A stretch of DNA of 64,000 nucleotides from an uncultured Chloroflexia bacterium (GCA_963724295.1 CAVRUC010000004.1:160001-224000), one strand, 5' to 3'; numbered from the stretch's first letter, positions 9,763-20,655 are shown. Notes: generated by a model not told the origin, from the sequence alone. Numbers and translations: made by a program.

Positions 9763-10154
9763 AGGGCCTGGACCCGCACCGGCGTGACTGGGTCGCTAGC
9801 GCGAGCCAAGGGATTGGCATAACTTACGGCGAATCCCACGATGATCAGGGAGAGTGCGAGATACTTGAACGAGCGTGCGGTCGGGGCGACATCCATTGGT
9901 TCCATGCTCCAGGGACTCACTTGCTGCCATGCCCTGGATCATGGAGCCGGCGTCAGACGCCCGCATCAGTAGAATTACCGATTTTTCCAACGTCGGGGCG
10001 CTTGGGCGATCTTTTCTTGTCATTGATTGATGCTCCGAGGAGCACGGAACGGCCGGGAGCATGAGCGGTTCCGGGCAGCCGCAGAACGCAACCGGGCTAC
10101 TGCGAGCTCAAGGACGTCATACAAGCTACGTGAGGCGCGAGCGACGCGGTCGCG

Positions 10155-12743
10155 ATGGAGAGAATGGACGCCATGAGCGACCCGCAACGGGTTCAAGTCG
10201 ACCTCGAGCCTGACCCATCCGAAACCGTCAACCCTGTTCCGGTCCCATTATTCGGCCCACCGGATCAAGTTGGCCGGATCGCGCTTCCCGCGCCCGTGAC
10301 CCTCTTCGTCGGCCGCACGCGTGAGATCCCAGCCCTCAGCGAGCTCATCCTCAACGACGAAGTGCGTCTGATTACGCTGACCGGACCGGGAGGCGTCGGC
10401 AAGACACGTCTCGCGCTTCAGGCGGCAAGAGGCGTCGCGACCGAATTCCTGGACGGCGCGGTGTTCGTGCCACTGGCCGCAGTGCGCGATCCGGAGCTAG
10501 TGCCATTGACCGTGGCGAGGGCACTTGACCTGCTCGAGGGGGAAGGGCGGTCACCGACGACGCGCCTGATCGAGGCCCTCCGTGACCGGCAGTTACTGCT
10601 CGTCCTGGACAACTTCGAGCAGCTTGTCCCCATGAGTACGAGCGCTACCGCTAGTACGCTCGTGACCGACCTGTTGACCTCATGTCCCGGCGTCAAGATT
10701 CTCGTCACGAGCCGCATGCTGCTCCGCATCTCCGGAGAGCACGCCTTCGTGGTTCCGCCTTTGACACTGGCACCGATTGCGCCGGTGGAGGCAAACGAGG
10801 CGCCTCTTCCTAAGGACGATTTGGCGCAGGTCGAATCGATCCAACTCTTTGCGGATCGGGCGCGGACGGCCTGGCCAGAATTCAGACTGACATCCGAGAA
10901 TCTCCCGACCGTGGCGGCGATCTGTGCACAAGTCGACGGCTTGCCGCTGGCAATCGAGTTGGCCGCGGCCCGTAGTGCGGTGCTCTCTCCCTCCGCGCTG
11001 TTGACTCGTCTCACCCGGCGCCTGCGGCTGCTGACCGGCGGTCCATACGACCAGCCCAATCGGCTCCGGACAATGCGAGATGCCATTGCCTGGAGCTTCG
11101 ACCTGCTCGATGCGGTGACCCAGGAGCGGTTTCGGCATCTCGCCGTGTTCGTCGGGGGTTTTACGCTGGCCGCGGCGGAGGCAGTTGCCGACCGCTCTGA
11201 TGCCGCGCAGGCCAACGTCAGCGGGTCGGTTCTCGATTCCCTGGCAATCCTGATCACCAGCAGCCTCATCGAGCGGCGTGATGATCCAGGCGGCGAACCG
11301 CGGTTTAGCTTGCTGGAGACAGTCCGCGAGTTCGCGCTCGAACAGCTCATCGCCGCCGGCGATGAGGATGCGACGCGCGCGGCCCACGCCGGCTTCTATC
11401 TCGCGATGATGGAGCAGACCGAATCTCAGCTCTGGGCCTCCGCGAACAAATCGGTGCTCGACGCAGTTGAAACCGAACACGACAACATGCGCGCGGCCTT
11501 GACCTGGAGTCTCGCCCACGAACCAGAGACGGCGCTACGCCTCGCCGGCGCGCTGGGTCAGTTCTGGGCGAAACGCTCGTATTGGGTCGAGGGCAGGTCC
11601 TGGCTGGAACGTATCCTCGATACCGGCATCATGCCCGGCACACGCGAGCGTGCCCTCGCACTGGGACGTGCCGCCGCGATCGCCGGCGACCAGGGGGACT
11701 ACGCGCAAGCCGCCCAGTATTTCGAAGACTGTCTGGCTATCGCCGAGCGACTTGGCGAGGTTGAACTCACGGCGCGCGCGCTGCGGGGGCTGGGGATTCT
11801 GGCCAGCAATCAAAGCCACTTTGAGCGGGCCGCTACGCTGTTCACCCAGGCGCTCGAGCGATTCCGGTCTCTGGGCGACCAGCCCGGGATCGCGCGCTGC
11901 CTGAATGATCTCGGGCTGGTCGCCGATCGCCAGGGCGACCACGACCGGGCGGTCGTCTATCAGGAGGAAGCGCTGCCGATTGCCCGTGCGGTTGGTGACG
12001 ACTGGCAAGTTGGCATCATCCTTGGCAATCTGGGAGGGGCGTACTACGAGCGGGGTGAGCTTGCGCGGGGCGAGGCGCTGTGTCAGGAAGCCCTCGACAT
12101 CTGCCGGCGCATCGGCGATACGTTCGGTATCGCGGTCAACCTCCATGATCTTGGCACCTTCGTGCTGGAGCGCGGCGATCCGATTGGTGCCATCGCGAAC
12201 TATCGGGAAAGCCTGGTCTTGACGCGAGAGCTCAGCGAGGGGCACCTCGGCTCGCGCACGCTCGACCGCATCTGCGTGGCGTTGCATCAGACCGGCGCCT
12301 CGCGGCAGGCTGCCCGCCTCTCCGGCGCAGCGGCTGCATTCCGCGAGGCCACCGGTGACACCCTCTTCCTGGAGGAGGATGGCAATCTCAGAATGCGCTT
12401 CCAGCAGATCCGCGACGTCCTCGGCGATGCCGACTTCACTGCGGCCTGGGAAGCGGGGCGGTCCGTACCATTCGACCTCGCCGTGGCCGAGGCGATCGCG
12501 CTTGCCGATGCAGCCCTGGCTTCTCACCGGTCGGCGCCAGCGCGGGCGATCGCGGGGCTCTCAGTGCGAGAAATCGATGTCCTTCGTCTGCTCGCCGACG
12601 GTCAGGCCGATAAGGCGATCGCCAGCGCACTCTTCATCAGCCCGCGCACAGCTTCGAGTCACGTCGCCGCGATCATTGCCAAGCTTGGAGTCGAGTCTCG
12701 CACTGCCGCCGTGGCACTTGCCCTCCGCAGCGGATTGGTCTAG
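10155..12743 (+). CDS. STAND (NB-ARC-like) ATPase-TPR-LuxR HTH transcriptional regulator
   Basis: FVGR, Walker A GPGGVGKT, Walker [24 protein letters not shown] helices and C-terminal LSVREIDVLRLLADG...ISPRTASSHV. Confidence 0.92.
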   Translation: MERMDAMSDPQRVQVDLEPDPSETVNPVPVPLFGPPDQVGRIALPAPVTLFVGRTREIPALSELILNDEVRLITLTGPGGVGKTRLALQAARGVATEFLDGAVFVPLAAVRDPELVPLTVARALDLLEGEGRSPTTRLIEALRDRQLLLVLDNFEQLVPMSTSATASTLVTDLLTSCPGVKILVTSRMLLRISGEHAFVVPPLTLAPIAPVEANEAPLPKDDLAQVESIQLFADRARTAWPEFRLTSENLPTVAAICAQVDGLPLAIELAAARSAVLSPSALLTRLTRRLRLLTGGPYDQPNRLRTMRDAIAWSFDLLDAVTQERFRHLAVFVGGFTLAAAEAVADRSDAAQANVSGSVLDSLAILITSSLIERRDDPGGEPRFSLLETVREFALEQLIAAGDEDATRAAHAGFYLAMMEQTESQLWASANKSVLDAVETEHDNMRAALTWSLAHEPETALRLAGALGQFWAKRSYWVEGRSWLERILDTGIMPGTRERALALGRAAAIAGDQGDYAQAAQYFEDCLAIAERLGEVELTARALRGLGILASNQSHFERAATLFTQALERFRSLGDQPGIARCLNDLGLVADRQGDHDRAVVYQEEALPIARAVGDDWQVGIILGNLGGAYYERGELARGEALCQEALDICRRIGDTFGIAVNLHDLGTFVLERGDPIGAIANYRESLVLTRELSEGHLGSRTLDRICVALHQTGASRQAARLSGAAAAFREATGDTLFLEEDGNLRMRFQQIRDVLGDADFTAAWEAGRSVPFDLAVAEAIALADAALASHRSAPARAIAGLSVREIDVLRLLADGQADKAIASALFISPRTASSHVAAIIAKLGVESRTAAVALALRSGLV

Positions 12744-12945
12744 CTGTCTGCATTCGAGCTCATATCCAGCTTTCGGTCTTTACTTTATGATCGAGCTCTC
12801 CCTGGACGCGCGGAGAGCGACTTCGTGCGGCCCACTTCGCGGGCCCTGAGATTAGCTCGCTTCCAGATAGGATCGCGGTGAAAGTCATCGGTGTTTCGGC
12901 GGTGTCGTAGCTCCGCACACCACCGGGCGGGGTTCCCGCGCGACC

Positions 12946-15042
12946 TTAGGCCGGAAGTGGGGAGGGGGCGACCGCCTTCGGCCGCAGGTCGAGACGGCGC
13001 AGTAGCTGGGCATTGAGCGCAACGACGATGGTCGAAACACTCATCAGGATGGCCCCCACCGCCGGGGGCAGGATGATCCCAAGCGGGGCGAGCACTCCGG
13101 CAGCCAGCGGAATTGCCAGCACGTTGTAGCCGGCGGCCCAGCCCAGGTTCTGGAGCATCTTGCGGTAACTCGCTTTTGACAGCTCGATCACCCCGACAAC
13201 CGCCCGGGGATCGCTGGTGGCCAGAATCACCCCGGCCGACTCGATGGCCACGTCCGTGCCAGCACCGATGGCGATACCGACGTCCGCTCGAGCCAGGGCA
13301 GGTGCGTCGTTGACGCCATCGCCGACCATTGCTACCCGCTCGCCGCGCGATTGCAGCGTCGCCACGATGCTGTCTTTGTCCTCGGGAAGCACCTCGGCGA
13401 AGACCTCGTCGATGTCCAAATCGGCGGCAACGGCTTCGGCCACCGGTCTTGCATCCCCGGTGATCATCACGACGCGCACCCCGCGCGCCTTGAGTGCCGC
13501 AACCGCCTCCGCCGCTTCCGGCCGGATCTGATCTTCGAGCGCCAATGCACCGATGATCTGGCCATCGCGCACGACGTGAAGCACCGCCGCTCCCCGGTCC
13601 GTCCAGGTGGCCGTCTGCTCGCAAAGTGCGGGCGGTACTGTCAGGTCACGCTCGCGGAGCATGGTCGGCCCACCGACGGCAACCGCACTGCCGTTGATGA
13701 TCGCTTCGACTCCGCGACCGGCAATCGCCCGAAACCGCGAGGCTTTCGGCAGCGCAAGATGCGACTCTTGCGCTCGCCGCACGATGGCGCGCGCCAGCGG
13801 GTGTTCACTGTCGATCTCCACCGCCGCGGCGAGGGTGAGCAAGCTGTCCGGGTTGTCATCGATCGCGGCGATTGCCGTCACGACGTGCTCGCCGCGGGTC
13901 AGCGTGCCGGTCTTGTCGAACAGCACGGTCGTTATCTCGCGCATCCTCTCCAGGGCCAGCCGATCCTTGACGAGGATCCCTTGCCGGGCCGCGATCGCGG
14001 TCGAGAGGGCGATGACCAGCGGGATCGCCAGCCCTAAAGCATGCGGACAGGAGATGACCAGCACCGTCACCGCGCGCGTCACCGCGTCATCGGGTCGACC
14101 GAGCAGGTTCCAGACGAGAAAGGTGAGCATTCCGGCGGCGACTGCCACATAGAAGAGCAGCCCGGCAAATCGATCCGCCAGAGCCTGCGCCCGGGAGCGG
14201 GAGGTCTGCGCTTCCTCGACAAGACGCTGAATGCCGGCCAACGCGGTTTCCTCGCCGACGGCCTCGACCCGCACCCGGATCGCGGATCCGGCGACGACGG
14301 TGCCGGCCACGACGCGGTCGCCCACCTCTTTTTCGACCGGCCGCGACTCGCCGGTGATCATTGACTCATCCAGCTCTGCCGAACCGTCGACGATCACGCC
14401 GTCGGCTGGCACGCGGGCACCGGGTCGGACCAGGACGATATCACCGCGGCGAAGCGCGGCAAGCGGAATCGTCTCCGTCCCGGCCGCGGTGACACGCTCA
14501 GCCTCATCAGGGAGAAGCGCGGCCAGGGCGCCCAGGGCTCCCCGCGCCTGCCCAATAGCGCGCATCTCCTGCCAATGGCCAAGGAGCATGATCGTCACCA
14601 GCAGCGCCAGCTCCCACCAGAACTCCAGATCAAAGAAGCCCAATGTGGTGGCGGCACTGGTGATGAAGGCAACCGTAATGGCCAGGGAGATCAAGAGCAT
14701 CATCCCCGGCGCGCGGGAACGCAGCTCATCCCAGCCTCCCTTCAGGAAGACCGAGCCGCCGTAGAAAAAGACGATCGTGCCCAGCACCGGGGAGACCAGG
14801 TTGCTGCCCGGGAAGGCCGGCATCGAGAAGCGCAGCCACTCCTGCACCATCGGGCTATAGAGGACAACCGGGATCGAGAGGAGCAGAGTGATCCAGAAGC
14901 GAGACCGGAACATCTCGACGCTGTGCCCGGCATGCTTGTCGTGCCCGCCGTGAGCGTCATGGCCCATCGCCTCGTGCTCGGCTTCGGTCATCGCCTGATG
15001 ATCGATGTCGTGCGGATCGGCCAGATCACCGCGATGAGTCAT
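12946..15042 (-). CDS. copB: Copper-translocating P1B-3 ATPase (CopB type)
   Basis: His/Met-rich N-terminus without Cxx[28 protein letters not shown] and MSVST motifs. Confidence 0.9.
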   Translation of the reverse strand: MTHRGDLADPHDIDHQAMTEAEHEAMGHDAHGGHDKHAGHSVEMFRSRFWITLLLSIPVVLYSPMVQEWLRFSMPAFPGSNLVSPVLGTIVFFYGGSVFLKGGWDELRSRAPGMMLLISLAITVAFITSAATTLGFFDLEFWWELALLVTIMLLGHWQEMRAIGQARGALGALAALLPDEAERVTAAGTETIPLAALRRGDIVLVRPGARVPADGVIVDGSAELDESMITGESRPVEKEVGDRVVAGTVVAGSAIRVRVEAVGEETALAGIQRLVEEAQTSRSRAQALADRFAGLLFYVAVAAGMLTFLVWNLLGRPDDAVTRAVTVLVISCPHALGLAIPLVIALSTAIAARQGILVKDRLALERMREITTVLFDKTGTLTRGEHVVTAIAAIDDNPDSLLTLAAAVEIDSEHPLARAIVRRAQESHLALPKASRFRAIAGRGVEAIINGSAVAVGGPTMLRERDLTVPPALCEQTATWTDRGAAVLHVVRDGQIIGALALEDQIRPEAAEAVAALKARGVRVVMITGDARPVAEAVAADLDIDEVFAEVLPEDKDSIVATLQSRGERVAMVGDGVNDAPALARADVGIAIGAGTDVAIESAGVILATSDPRAVVGVIELSKASYRKMLQNLGWAAGYNVLAIPLAAGVLAPLGIILPPAVGAILMSVSTIVVALNAQLLRRLDLRPKAVAPSPLPA

Positions 15043-15141
15043 CTCACGGCCATCGTGCGCCGGGGTCGCAACGCTCGAGGTGCTTGGTGATGCCTGTGGT
15101 TAGCCATTCCCTCAGCATCTCGCCCGTGCCGCACGGGTGGG

Positions 15142-15528
15142 TTAGCCGACGCTGCGCCCGAACCGATCGATCGCGCCGATCAGCTCGGTGAGCAACTCCT
15201 CGCGGTCGATCTCATCGTGCGCATGCTCGGATCCGAGAACGCAGCCCCGCACGTGATCCTCGAGCACGAGCAGTCCCGTCTGGCGGGCGGCGGCGATGAT
15301 CGCCGAGAGCTGAGTCAGCACGTCGAGGCAGTACTGATCCTCTTCCACCATCCGCTGCACACCGCGCACCTGGCCCTCCATGCGGCGCAGGCGGGCCATG
15401 ATCTTGGCCTTGTCATGGGCGTATGATGTGGATGTCCGCGAGGCTACCTGACCGGCATCGTCGGGGTTCACCTCGCCGCTGGACGAGTCGAATGGATCCT
15501 GCATCATATCAGCATCAATAGCGTTCAT
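15142..15528 (-). CDS. csoR: CsoR family copper-sensing repressor
   Basis: RLRRMEGQVRGVQRMVEEDQYC...LEDHVRGCV (C-H-C ligands). GGAGG RBS. Confidence 0.92.
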   Translation of the reverse strand: MNAIDADMMQDPFDSSSGEVNPDDAGQVASRTSTSYAHDKAKIMARLRRMEGQVRGVQRMVEEDQYCLDVLTQLSAIIAAARQTGLLVLEDHVRGCVLGSEHAHDEIDREELLTELIGAIDRFGRSVG

Positions 15529-15537
15529 GCCTCCATG

Positions 15538-15554
15538 ATACCCCTCACGGGTAT
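15538..15554. promoter_or_regulatory. CsoR-type operator 1 (ATACCC-N5-GGGTAT)
   Basis: Inverted repeat ATACCCctcacGGGTAT just upstream of the csoR RBS. Confidence 0.75.
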
Positions 15555-15666
15555 ATCAGTCAATAGTGCCCCGGTGCCTCCGTTGCCTGATTATGAAACC
15601 TCGTCAGCATAACCTCGCGGACTTCCGGGTGGCTTGACAGGTCTGGTATGCTGGAAGTGTTGTGAA

Positions 15667-15685
15667 TATACCCCGGGCGGGTATA
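15667..15685. promoter_or_regulatory. CsoR-type operator 2 (TATACCC-N5-GGGTATA)
   Basis: Same dyad and spacing as operator 1, about 42 bp upstream of the copA ATG. Confidence 0.75.
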
Positions 15686-15727
15686 GAGTAACAAAGAGTG
15701 ATTTTTCAGCACAGGAGTACTGCGGAG

Positions 15728-18574
15728 ATGGCGACAACTCATTCTTCACCGGCCTCGACTTCGGTCGACGTCAGCTTCCCGGTGAGCGGGATGACCTGCG
15801 CCTCCTGTGTCAACCGCGTCGAGAAGGCAATCGGTAAGATCCCAGGGGTCGAACGGGCGGCGGTCAACCTGGCCACCGAGCGGGCAACCGTCAGCTATGA
15901 CCCCGGGCAGACGACCGTGGCCGACATTGCGGCGGCGGTCGAGCGCGCCGGCTATGGTGTGGCCGATATTCCTGCGGAGCCTGTCGTCGCTCCCGAACCT
16001 ACGCCACCGGCATACGCTGGCACGAACGGCAGCGGTGCAACCGTGTTCCCAGGAGCGACGGAAGCCGTCCTTCCTATAGAAGGCATGACGTGCGCCTCGT
16101 GCGTGCGCCGCGTCGAGAAGGGGTTGGCAAAGGTCCCCGGAGTCACCAGCGCGAACGTCAATCTGGCCACCGAGCGCGCCACGGTCGCCTATGACCCGGC
16201 CGTTGCCGACCTCGCCACCCTGCGCGGCGCGGTCGAGCGTGCTGGCTACCGCGTGGGCGAACTTCCAGTCGTCGAACCCACACCCGTCGCCCGGCAACAG
16301 GCCGCCTCCACTGCCGTGCCGGCCAGCGCCGTCGACCCGCGGGAGCGGGAGCGTGACCGCGAGCTTGCTGATCTCAAGCGCAAGTGGGTGGTCAGCCTGG
16401 TGATCGGCCTGGTGATGATGGCCGAGATGTACCTGCCGCTCGGGTGGGACATGACGGTTGTGGCGCCGTTGCTGCTTATCCAGGCGACTCTGGTCCAGGT
16501 TTGGGCGGGAGGCGTCTTCTATCGCACCGCCTGGGCGGCGGCCCGTCACGGCGGCACGAACATGAGCACGTTGGTCGCGGTCGGCACCAGCGCCGCCTAT
16601 GGCTACAGCGCCTTCGTCACTCTCTGGCCGCAGCTGGCCGCGCTTTGGGGCTTCCCGTTCCACCTCTATTACGAGGTGGCGGTGATCGTGATCGCCCTCA
16701 TCCTGCTCGGTCGCTGGCTGGAGGCGAGGGCCAAGAAACAGACCGGCGCCGCAATCAAAGCGCTGTTCGGTCTCCAGGCGAAGACCGCCCGCGTCATCCG
16801 CAACGGTATCGAGCAGGACATCCCCATCGAGCAGGTTGTCGTCGGCGATCTGGTCCGGGTTCGCCCGGGCGAGAAAGTGCCGGTCGACGGCGTGGTAACC
16901 GAGGGTCGCTCGGCGCTCGACGAGAGCATGCTGACCGGCGAAAGCCTCCCCGTGGACAAGGAACCGGGCGACACCGTCATCGGCGCAACACTCAACAAGA
17001 CGGGCAGCTTCGTCTTCCGCGCTACCAAGGTCGGTCGCGATACGACGCTGGCCCAGATCGTTCGCCTGGTGGAGCAGGCCCAGGGCTCGAAGGCCCCGAT
17101 GCAGCGGCTGGCGGACACGATCTCGAGCTACTTCGTGCCCATCGTGCTGGTGCTGGCGGCGTTGACGTTCGCCGCCTGGCTCGCCTTTGGACCATCTCTG
17201 GTCTTCGCCCTCACGGCCACGATCGCGGTCCTGATCATCGCTTGCCCGTGCGCTCTGGGCCTGGCGACACCGACCGCGATCATGGTCGGCACCGGGAAGG
17301 CGGCCGAGTACGGCATCCTCGTCCGCGGTGGCGAAGCGCTGGAGATGACCCGCAAGATCGACACGATCGTGCTCGACAAGACGGGCACACTGACGCGAGG
17401 CAAGCCGGCGGTAACGGCGGTCGTGCCGGTTGACGGGCTCACGGAGCGCGAGCTGCTGCGGCTGGCTGCCGCGGCGGAGGTCGGTTCGGAGCACCCTCTG
17501 GGTGAGGCCATCGTGCTGCGGGCCCGCGAGCTGGGAGTCGACCTGCCGCCGGCGGCGACGTTCCGCTCGATCACCGGCAAGGGCATCGAGGCCGAGATCG
17601 ATGGCCACGGCGTGGCCATCGGCAACCGCGCCCTGATCGCGCAGACCGGTATCGCCCTCGACGGTCTGGCTTCACGGGCGGAAGACGTGGCATTGACCGG
17701 CGCGACGCCGATCTTTGTCACGGTCGACGGCCGCCCGGCCGGACTGATCGCGGTCGCCGATACCCTCAAGCCGGAGTCGCTGGAGGCGGTGGCGGAGCTG
17801 GCGGCGCTCGGACTCGAGGTCTGGATGCTGACCGGCGACAACCGGGCGACGGCTGAGGCGATCGCCCGCGAGGTCGGCATCGCGCCCGAGCACGTGCTGG
17901 CCGAGGTGCTGCCGGATGAAAAGGCGGCCAAAGTCACGGCACTGCAGGCGCAAGGCAAGACCGTGGCGATGGTCGGCGACGGGATCAACGACGCCCCGGC
18001 GCTGGCCCAGGCAGACCTTGGCATTGCCATCGGCACCGGCACGGACGTGGCGATCGCCGCCTCTGACATCACCCTCGTCGGCGGCGATCTGCGCACGATC
18101 GTGACGGCGATCGCCCTCTCGCGCAAGACCGTGGGCACCATCAAGCAGGGGTTGTTCTGGGCTTTCGGCTACAACGTGGTGCTGATCCCGGTGGCGATGG
18201 GGCTGCTCTGGCCTCTCTTCGGCATCCTCCTCAATCCAGTGCTGGCGGCGGCGGCGATGGCGATGAGCAGTGTCAGCGTGGTGACGAATGCGCTGCGGCT
18301 GCGCAGTTTCCGTCCCGCGGCAAACGTCCAGGAGATCCTTCATCCACCGCTGCGAACGCGGATTGCCGACTGGGGGTATCTGGCGGCGATCGCGATCCTG
18401 GCCCTGGCCATCGGCGCCGGCGCGCTCTGGCTGAGCGAGCGCGGCGGGATGGGTGTCGGCAGTGGTATGGAGGGGATGAGCGCCCCAATGGGACAACAAC
18501 CGGCCGGCGAGTCGCCGGCTGTCGTCTCGCTCGAGCTCGCAACGTCCAGACTCTTCAGCTGGGATGGGGCATAG
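15728..18574 (+). CDS. copA: Cu(I)-translocating P1B-1 ATPase with two HMA domains
   Basis: Two GMTCASC motifs; [27 protein letters not shown] and MAMSS. AGGAG RBS before ATG 15728. Confidence 0.95.
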   Translation: MATTHSSPASTSVDVSFPVSGMTCASCVNRVEKAIGKIPGVERAAVNLATERATVSYDPGQTTVADIAAAVERAGYGVADIPAEPVVAPEPTPPAYAGTNGSGATVFPGATEAVLPIEGMTCASCVRRVEKGLAKVPGVTSANVNLATERATVAYDPAVADLATLRGAVERAGYRVGELPVVEPTPVARQQAASTAVPASAVDPRERERDRELADLKRKWVVSLVIGLVMMAEMYLPLGWDMTVVAPLLLIQATLVQVWAGGVFYRTAWAAARHGGTNMSTLVAVGTSAAYGYSAFVTLWPQLAALWGFPFHLYYEVAVIVIALILLGRWLEARAKKQTGAAIKALFGLQAKTARVIRNGIEQDIPIEQVVVGDLVRVRPGEKVPVDGVVTEGRSALDESMLTGESLPVDKEPGDTVIGATLNKTGSFVFRATKVGRDTTLAQIVRLVEQAQGSKAPMQRLADTISSYFVPIVLVLAALTFAAWLAFGPSLVFALTATIAVLIIACPCALGLATPTAIMVGTGKAAEYGILVRGGEALEMTRKIDTIVLDKTGTLTRGKPAVTAVVPVDGLTERELLRLAAAAEVGSEHPLGEAIVLRARELGVDLPPAATFRSITGKGIEAEIDGHGVAIGNRALIAQTGIALDGLASRAEDVALTGATPIFVTVDGRPAGLIAVADTLKPESLEAVAELAALGLEVWMLTGDNRATAEAIAREVGIAPEHVLAEVLPDEKAAKVTALQAQGKTVAMVGDGINDAPALAQADLGIAIGTGTDVAIAASDITLVGGDLRTIVTAIALSRKTVGTIKQGLFWAFGYNVVLIPVAMGLLWPLFGILLNPVLAAAAMAMSSVSVVTNALRLRSFRPAANVQEILHPPLRTRIADWGYLAAIAILALAIGAGALWLSERGGMGVGSGMEGMSAPMGQQPAGESPAVVSLELATSRLFSWDGA

Positions 18575-18638
18575 GACCGCAGCGATTGTTGCCAGCCGCG
18601 CGATCTGCGCGGCATAGAACGATAGAGAGGAAAACCCG

Positions 18639-18860
18639 ATGGCATCGATGATGGAACACGCGACGCTCACCGCTCCCGATATCTCCTGCGGACATTGCGT
18701 GGCCACGATCAAGGAAGAGGTCGGCGCGCTGCCGGGCGTGGCCAGCGTCGAGGCCGATCCGTCCACCAAGCGGGTCGAGATCGACTTCGATCCGGGCCGG
18801 GTCTCGCTGGCGCAGATCGAAGCGGCGCTTGATGAGGCGGGATACCCGGTCGCCAGGTAA
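18639..18860 (+). CDS. copZ: Copper chaperone (HMA domain)
   Basis: 73 aa, DISCGHC motif and EAGY end; directly after copA. Confidence 0.92.
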   Translation: MASMMEHATLTAPDISCGHCVATIKEEVGALPGVASVEADPSTKRVEIDFDPGRVSLAQIEAALDEAGYPVAR

Positions 18861-18998
18861 TCCGATCTGCGGACCGTGCGGTGCTCGCGGTTTTCAGGCG
18901 CGAGTGCCGCATTCTCTCGATATAGTCCGCCCCGGAACGCACCCGATTCCTCGACCGTTGCAGACGGCAGAGCGTGGGACGCGGGAAGGAGCACCAGC

Positions 18999-19559
18999 GT
19001 GGACGAACGAGAGTTCGACCGCATCGCGCGGTCCTGGGCGACGCGGACGAGTCGGCGCCGCGCGCTGCGATTCGTGGGCATTGGTTCCCTATTTGCCTGG
19101 TGGCACCGAGCCGCGCGTGATTCCACCGCACAGGAGATCGCCGGACCGGCGCCATGCTCGCAGGATGCCGACTGTCTCGATGGCGACGCCGATGCCTGCA
19201 CCGGCGGCACGTGCCTTGACGGGCTTTGCGCCTACTTCATCGTCGACTGCATCCCCGGTCACATCTGTTGCGGCAATGGCGCCTGCTGCCCGGTCGAGGA
19301 AGGCGGCAGCTGCGTGGCGGATACCGACTGCATCCCCGCTAGTGGTGATCCATGTGAGGGAGCTCGTTGCGAAGGCGGGAGCTGCGCGCCCTTCCTCGCC
19401 ACCTGCGCTCCTGACTTCGCGTGTTGCGGAAATGGCACCTGTTGTCCCGTTGGGGGCGGGTGCGTGGCGGACGCGGATTGCACCGCGTTCCCGTCGGTTC
19501 TGGGTCTTGGCACGCGGTGCATCAGCGGAGTGTGCGTCCCAGGCACCGCTCCGGCTTAG
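18999..19559 (+). CDS. Exported Cys-rich repeat protein with twin-arginine-like leader
   Basis: AAGGAG RBS, GTG 18999. Leader (M)DEREFDRIAR...TSRRRALR...STAQ. 24 Cys in two 10-Cys repeats ending CCGNG.CC plus a partial third repeat. Confidence 0.75.
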   Translation: MDEREFDRIARSWATRTSRRRALRFVGIGSLFAWWHRAARDSTAQEIAGPAPCSQDADCLDGDADACTGGTCLDGLCAYFIVDCIPGHICCGNGACCPVEEGGSCVADTDCIPASGDPCEGARCEGGSCAPFLATCAPDFACCGNGTCCPVGGGCVADADCTAFPSVLGLGTRCISGVCVPGTAPA

Positions 19560-20116
19560 TGGTGCTGTAGCTCGGTGTCGCGCTGCCGAGCCGCATCGAA
19601 AGCGGCCAGACCCGCCGCCCAGGCTGCTTCCAGGTTCGCGTCCGCGGGGAACCTCCGATCGAGCTCGAGAATCACCATGCCGTGGGCAAAGGCCCAGACG
19701 GCTCGCGCCAGATCCGGGTCGCCGACCGCCTGCACGAGCGGCGCCGCGGCGCGCGCCTCCACGCCGGGGCGAAGACGCTCCCTCGGCAGCGGCCCCGCGG
19801 TCATTAGCCGATAGAGGTGCGGATGCGATCGAGCGAAGACTCGGTAGGCGGTGGCAAGCTGCAAGAGCGAGTCCTCGCCGCTCGCCAGGGCGGCTTCGAA
19901 GCGTGCAGCGATCTCCTCGAACCCATCGTTGATCAGCGCGATCTCGACGGCCGCCTTGTCGGGAAAGTGCTTGTAGAGCGAGGGCGCACGAATACCGACG
20001 GCGTCACCCAGGCGGCGCATGGTCAGACCGTCCGGTCCCTCACGCTCCAGGATCTGGCGGGCGGCAGAGACGATCGCCCGCGCGCGTGGACTCAGCATCG
20101 CCGGTTCAACAGGCAC
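19556..20116 (-). CDS. TetR/AcrR family regulator (WHG-type C-terminal domain)
   Basis: HTH LTMRRLGDAVGIRAPSLYKHF; C-terminal WAFAHG. Confidence 0.9.
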   Translation of the reverse strand: MPVEPAMLSPRARAIVSAARQILEREGPDGLTMRRLGDAVGIRAPSLYKHFPDKAAVEIALINDGFEEIAARFEAALASGEDSLLQLATAYRVFARSHPHLYRLMTAGPLPRERLRPGVEARAAAPLVQAVGDPDLARAVWAFAHGMVILELDRRFPADANLEAAWAAGLAAFDAARQRDTELQHH

Positions 20117-20137
20117 GTTAGCGCTCAGGACCGCGGG

Positions 20138-20587
20138 CTAGCGCGACGACGAGGACTGTTCGGCGCGCGCTTTGAGCGCCTGGTTCATCGCCTCGAATCC
20201 TTGCCGGGTGCCGCGTTCGATGAATCGGAAAACGAGTGGGGCCAGCAGCCCTGTAAAGCGCTCTTCCTGAACGAAGCGCACGTGGTCAGTCCCCAGAGGC
20301 TCGATGCGGAAGCGGTGCTCGCCATCGAACAGGCGGGGGATACCCAGATGACCCAACCAGCGCAACTCCTGAGACGGTGCGGCGGCGAGAACCGTCGGGC
20401 GCATGCGCATGCCGCGACCTCCCGGAGGTTGCAATTGGACGTCCAGCCGGGAGCCGGTCTCGAGAGATCCATTGAGCCGGGGGATGAACGGATTCCATTG
20501 AGGGTACGCCGCGAAATCGGTCAGGACGTCCCAGACCCGCTGCGGGCTGGCCTGGATCGCGGTCTCCGTGTGCAGTTCGGATGACAT
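20138..20587 (-). CDS. SRPBCC (START/polyketide cyclase-like) domain protein
   Basis: IQASPQRVWDVLTDFAAYPQWNPF...FDGEHRF...GFEAMNQALKARAE. Confidence 0.88.
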   Translation of the reverse strand: MSSELHTETAIQASPQRVWDVLTDFAAYPQWNPFIPRLNGSLETGSRLDVQLQPPGGRGMRMRPTVLAAAPSQELRWLGHLGIPRLFDGEHRFRIEPLGTDHVRFVQEERFTGLLAPLVFRFIERGTRQGFEAMNQALKARAEQSSSSR

Positions 20588-20608
20588 CAGGATTCTCCCT
20601 CTGTATTG

Positions 20609-20655
20609 GCTAACGTCGTTAGCTCAAACTTAGGCTAACAACGTTAGCTTGTCAA
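20609..20655 (-). promoter_or_regulatory. Sigma70-type promoter (TTGACA-17-TAAGTT) with two TetR-type operators GCTAAC-N3-GTTAGC
   Basis: -35 at 20655-20650 and -10 at 20632-20627. Palindromes at 20609-20623 and 20634-20648. Confidence 0.8.

Noticed and set aside
15746..19210. Long antisense and alternative-frame ORFs (e.g. 15746..17608, 17672..19210, 969..2312, 35716..36984)
   Set aside because: Shadow ORFs of high-GC coding regions that overlap well-supported genes and have no family motifs.
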